IMG/VR virus record: IMGVR_UViG_3300009701_000005
Span: 1 to 64,000 of that record
From: a virus
Lineage: Duplodnaviria > Caudoviricetes
Length of the DNA stretch: 64,000 nucleotides
Reading direction: 5' to 3' (one strand)
Program-made: the position numbers and the translations under genes
The notes under the pieces: model-generated
Databases searched by the model: none
Seen by the model: only the letters and a program-made list of their open reading frames with translations
What the model was told of the DNA's origin: nothing
Shown: piece by piece, positions 62,204-64,000 of the stretch
Numbering within the stretch: the first letter of the stretch is position 1
Layout of the letters: each line of letters starts with the position of its first letter

Positions 62204-63882
62204 ATAGATGCTCCAGAAAGGGCTGTATAGGTACTGCCCGAATTTAATAATGCAGATACGCTGACACCGCTTGAATTTGCAAAATTGAGGGCACTATTAG
62301 GATTCATATTCCCCGTGCTCATTAATCCGCTTATATTAGAGGTTACACTTTGTGGCGCACTTGTAATGCATCCTGAAGTATTTTGTAAAGAACCTATGGT
62401 GGACAATAGGCTGGGGTCAGAAACTCCTGGCACAGCTACAGAAGCCCCCTTACCATTAGCAAGATTAATTATACCAGATGCTTGAGAAGATATACTGGTA
62501 GCACCTGCAACTTGGTTTTGAAGTGCAGTGGGGAAAGTACTGGTAACGCTTGCTGCATTACCTCCAGCAGAAGAGATGAGTTTTGTTAGAGAAGAAACTA
62601 CTCCTACTACTGGGGAGTATAGCCCTGCTTGAATACCTGCCAAATTCGAACTTACAGTAGCGAAAATACTGGTATTAGCACCTGAACTGCTCGAAGTGTT
62701 AACCGTTCCTCCACCAGTACCGATAGAATTAGTGCCTCCGAAAAGAGAATTTGCTAAAGAAGTTATGGCAGGTATAGATCCCTTAACCGATCCCGTCATG
62801 CTTATATTATTAATAATACCTGGCAAAGCACTAGCAGCACCGGAAATACCAGATACTGTTCCAATTGAAGGTATTCCTGCCCCTGTAACTTGAGAACCTA
62901 ATACCCCTACCGACCTCATAGCTTGCGCTAAAGAACTAACAGAAGTAGTAGGATTCTGAATTGCACTCTGCAAATTAGCTATTAGCTTAGTAGAGTTAAC
63001 TACAGATTGAGTAGCAAATTGCGCTGACTGTATTAAATTAGTAGACCCGCTAGACAGAGGTGCTCCCGTTGGTATTACGGGATTTGGAGTAACTGTTTTA
63101 CACAATAGGGTAAATCTAAAAGGGATATCCACGTCACGAGCCGCATTTTGGTTCCATGACATGTTGGTTATAGTTCCAGTAAGTGTTAAGTTAGGGGTGA
63201 CAATTTTAACCAATTCATAATTACGGGCTAGCTGAGATCCCCTCAATGCATTTGCGTACATCTCTATCCATTGCAAAAACCAGTTATTATCCGGGGAATC
63301 TATCAATACTCCCCCAAATTGCATAGATATAGGTTGACGGCCAAAATAGTAAGTTACTTCGGCATCCCCGTATACTTCTTGTACCTGCACTTTTTCATCG
63401 AAAGATCCCCCGATATCCGTAAGCAGGAACGAAGCATATCCAAGAGTTGTACTATTACCATTTATAGCATCGGCCAAAGGGCCGCTAGTATTAGTCCCTA
63501 GAGATGTTGGAGAATACGTAGCAGAAGATAGATGTTGCTGAAGCGAAGTAGACGCGTTACTAGTTAGTAAACGTATGTAAGTGTGCTGACCCCTGTTTCC
63601 GCCCCCGTTCAAAAAGTTAATATTTCTACTACGGGTTGTAAATAGTCTTTCTGTTTGATTAATAGTTGGGGGAATGTACTGGCCCAGGAATTGCCCTGCA
63701 CCAGTGCTATTGGAGATAAGAGGTCCTGCTGCGCCTGTCGAGCCTGAAAGTCCGGCATTAGGCATAGCGGCGTATGCTGCTTGAGAATCTTGGGCAGCAT
63801 TGTATGGGTTATTATTTTGATTGGGTAAAGCGGCGTATGCTGCTTCAGAATCCGCTGCAGTATTAAAACTTGATACGCTCAT
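62200..63882 (-). CDS. Tail/baseplate structural protein
   Basis: EKVQVQEVYGDAEVTYYFGRQP core with low-complexity S/G/A tail. Confidence 0.6.
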   Translation of the reverse strand: MSVSSFNTAADSEAAYAALPNQNNNPYNAAQDSQAAYAAMPNAGLSGSTGAAGPLISNSTGAGQFLGQYIPPTINQTERLFTTRSRNINFLNGGGNRGQHTYIRLLTSNASTSLQQHLSSATYSPTSLGTNTSGPLADAINGNSTTLGYASFLLTDIGGSFDEKVQVQEVYGDAEVTYYFGRQPISMQFGGVLIDSPDNNWFLQWIEMYANALRGSQLARNYELVKIVTPNLTLTGTITNMSWNQNAARDVDIPFRFTLLCKTVTPNPVIPTGAPLSSGSTNLIQSAQFATQSVVNSTKLIANLQSAIQNPTTSVSSLAQAMRSVGVLGSQVTGAGIPSIGTVSGISGAASALPGIINNISMTGSVKGSIPAITSLANSLFGGTNSIGTGGGTVNTSSSSGANTSIFATVSSNLAGIQAGLYSPVVGVVSSLTKLISSAGGNAASVTSTFPTALQNQVAGATSISSQASGIINLANGKGASVAVPGVSDPSLLSTIGSLQNTSGCITSAPQSVTSNISGLMSTGNMNPNSALNFANSSGVSVSALLNSGSTYTALSGASI

Positions 63883-63884
63883 AT

Positions 63885-64000
63885 TTATTGACCTTTAACT
63901 TCAAAATCTACCAGTTGTAAAACTACAACCCCTTCTATAACTTCACGCTGACCTTCTATGCCTCCAAGTTGAGGCGGTACATAAGTTTGGACTCCTCCAG
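63885..64000 (-). CDS. 3' end of upstream late gene (partial, runs off window)
   Basis: Open frame GGVQTYVPPQLGG...VKGQ* two nt before next ATG. Confidence 0.55.
   Translation of the reverse strand, partial: GGVQTYVPPQLGGIEGQREVIEGVVVLQLVDFEVKGQ

Noticed and set aside
1-64000. Genome-wide TGA-to-Trp recoding
   Set aside because: Many genes end in TGA with ATGA/GTGA overlaps, and Trp is encoded by TGG in conserved motifs; only the release factor needs read-through.

Overview
AT-rich fragment of a large (jumbo-type) contractile-tailed phage, probably infecting a Gram-negative host; standard genetic code. Positions 1-45.2 kb are almost entirely + strand early/middle genes. They include a family A DNA polymerase split into two genes inside its proofreading domain, a RuvC-like resolvase, several HNH-type endonucleases, ThyX, dimeric dUTPase, MazG-like, DHH, HAD, calcineurin-like, macro-domain and nucleotidyltransferase enzymes, YqeY, SPFH, a lipase with lipoproteins, a beta-barrel protein and many small unknown ORFs, driven by a recurring TTCAAY-N17/18-TATAAK promoter. 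Positions 45.2-64 kb are a - strand late module: PAAR, lysis cassette, tail fibre/baseplate genes, a sigma70-family factor and a protein carrying an RNA polymerase beta-prime Zn site. The most unusual signals are: (1) two tandem circularly permuted tRNA-like modules in a long structured RNA region (31.0-31.7 kb) behind an unknown conserved gene, next to a ~520-nt structured ncRNA; (2) an RF1-type release factor interrupted by an in-frame UGA at the position of a normally conserved Trp; (3) an Sm/LSm-fold gene embedded in an array of six Ser/Arg/Gly-rich peptide genes; (4) a set of structurally aberrant tRNAs. All protein calls are from motif recognition by eye, not database searches.
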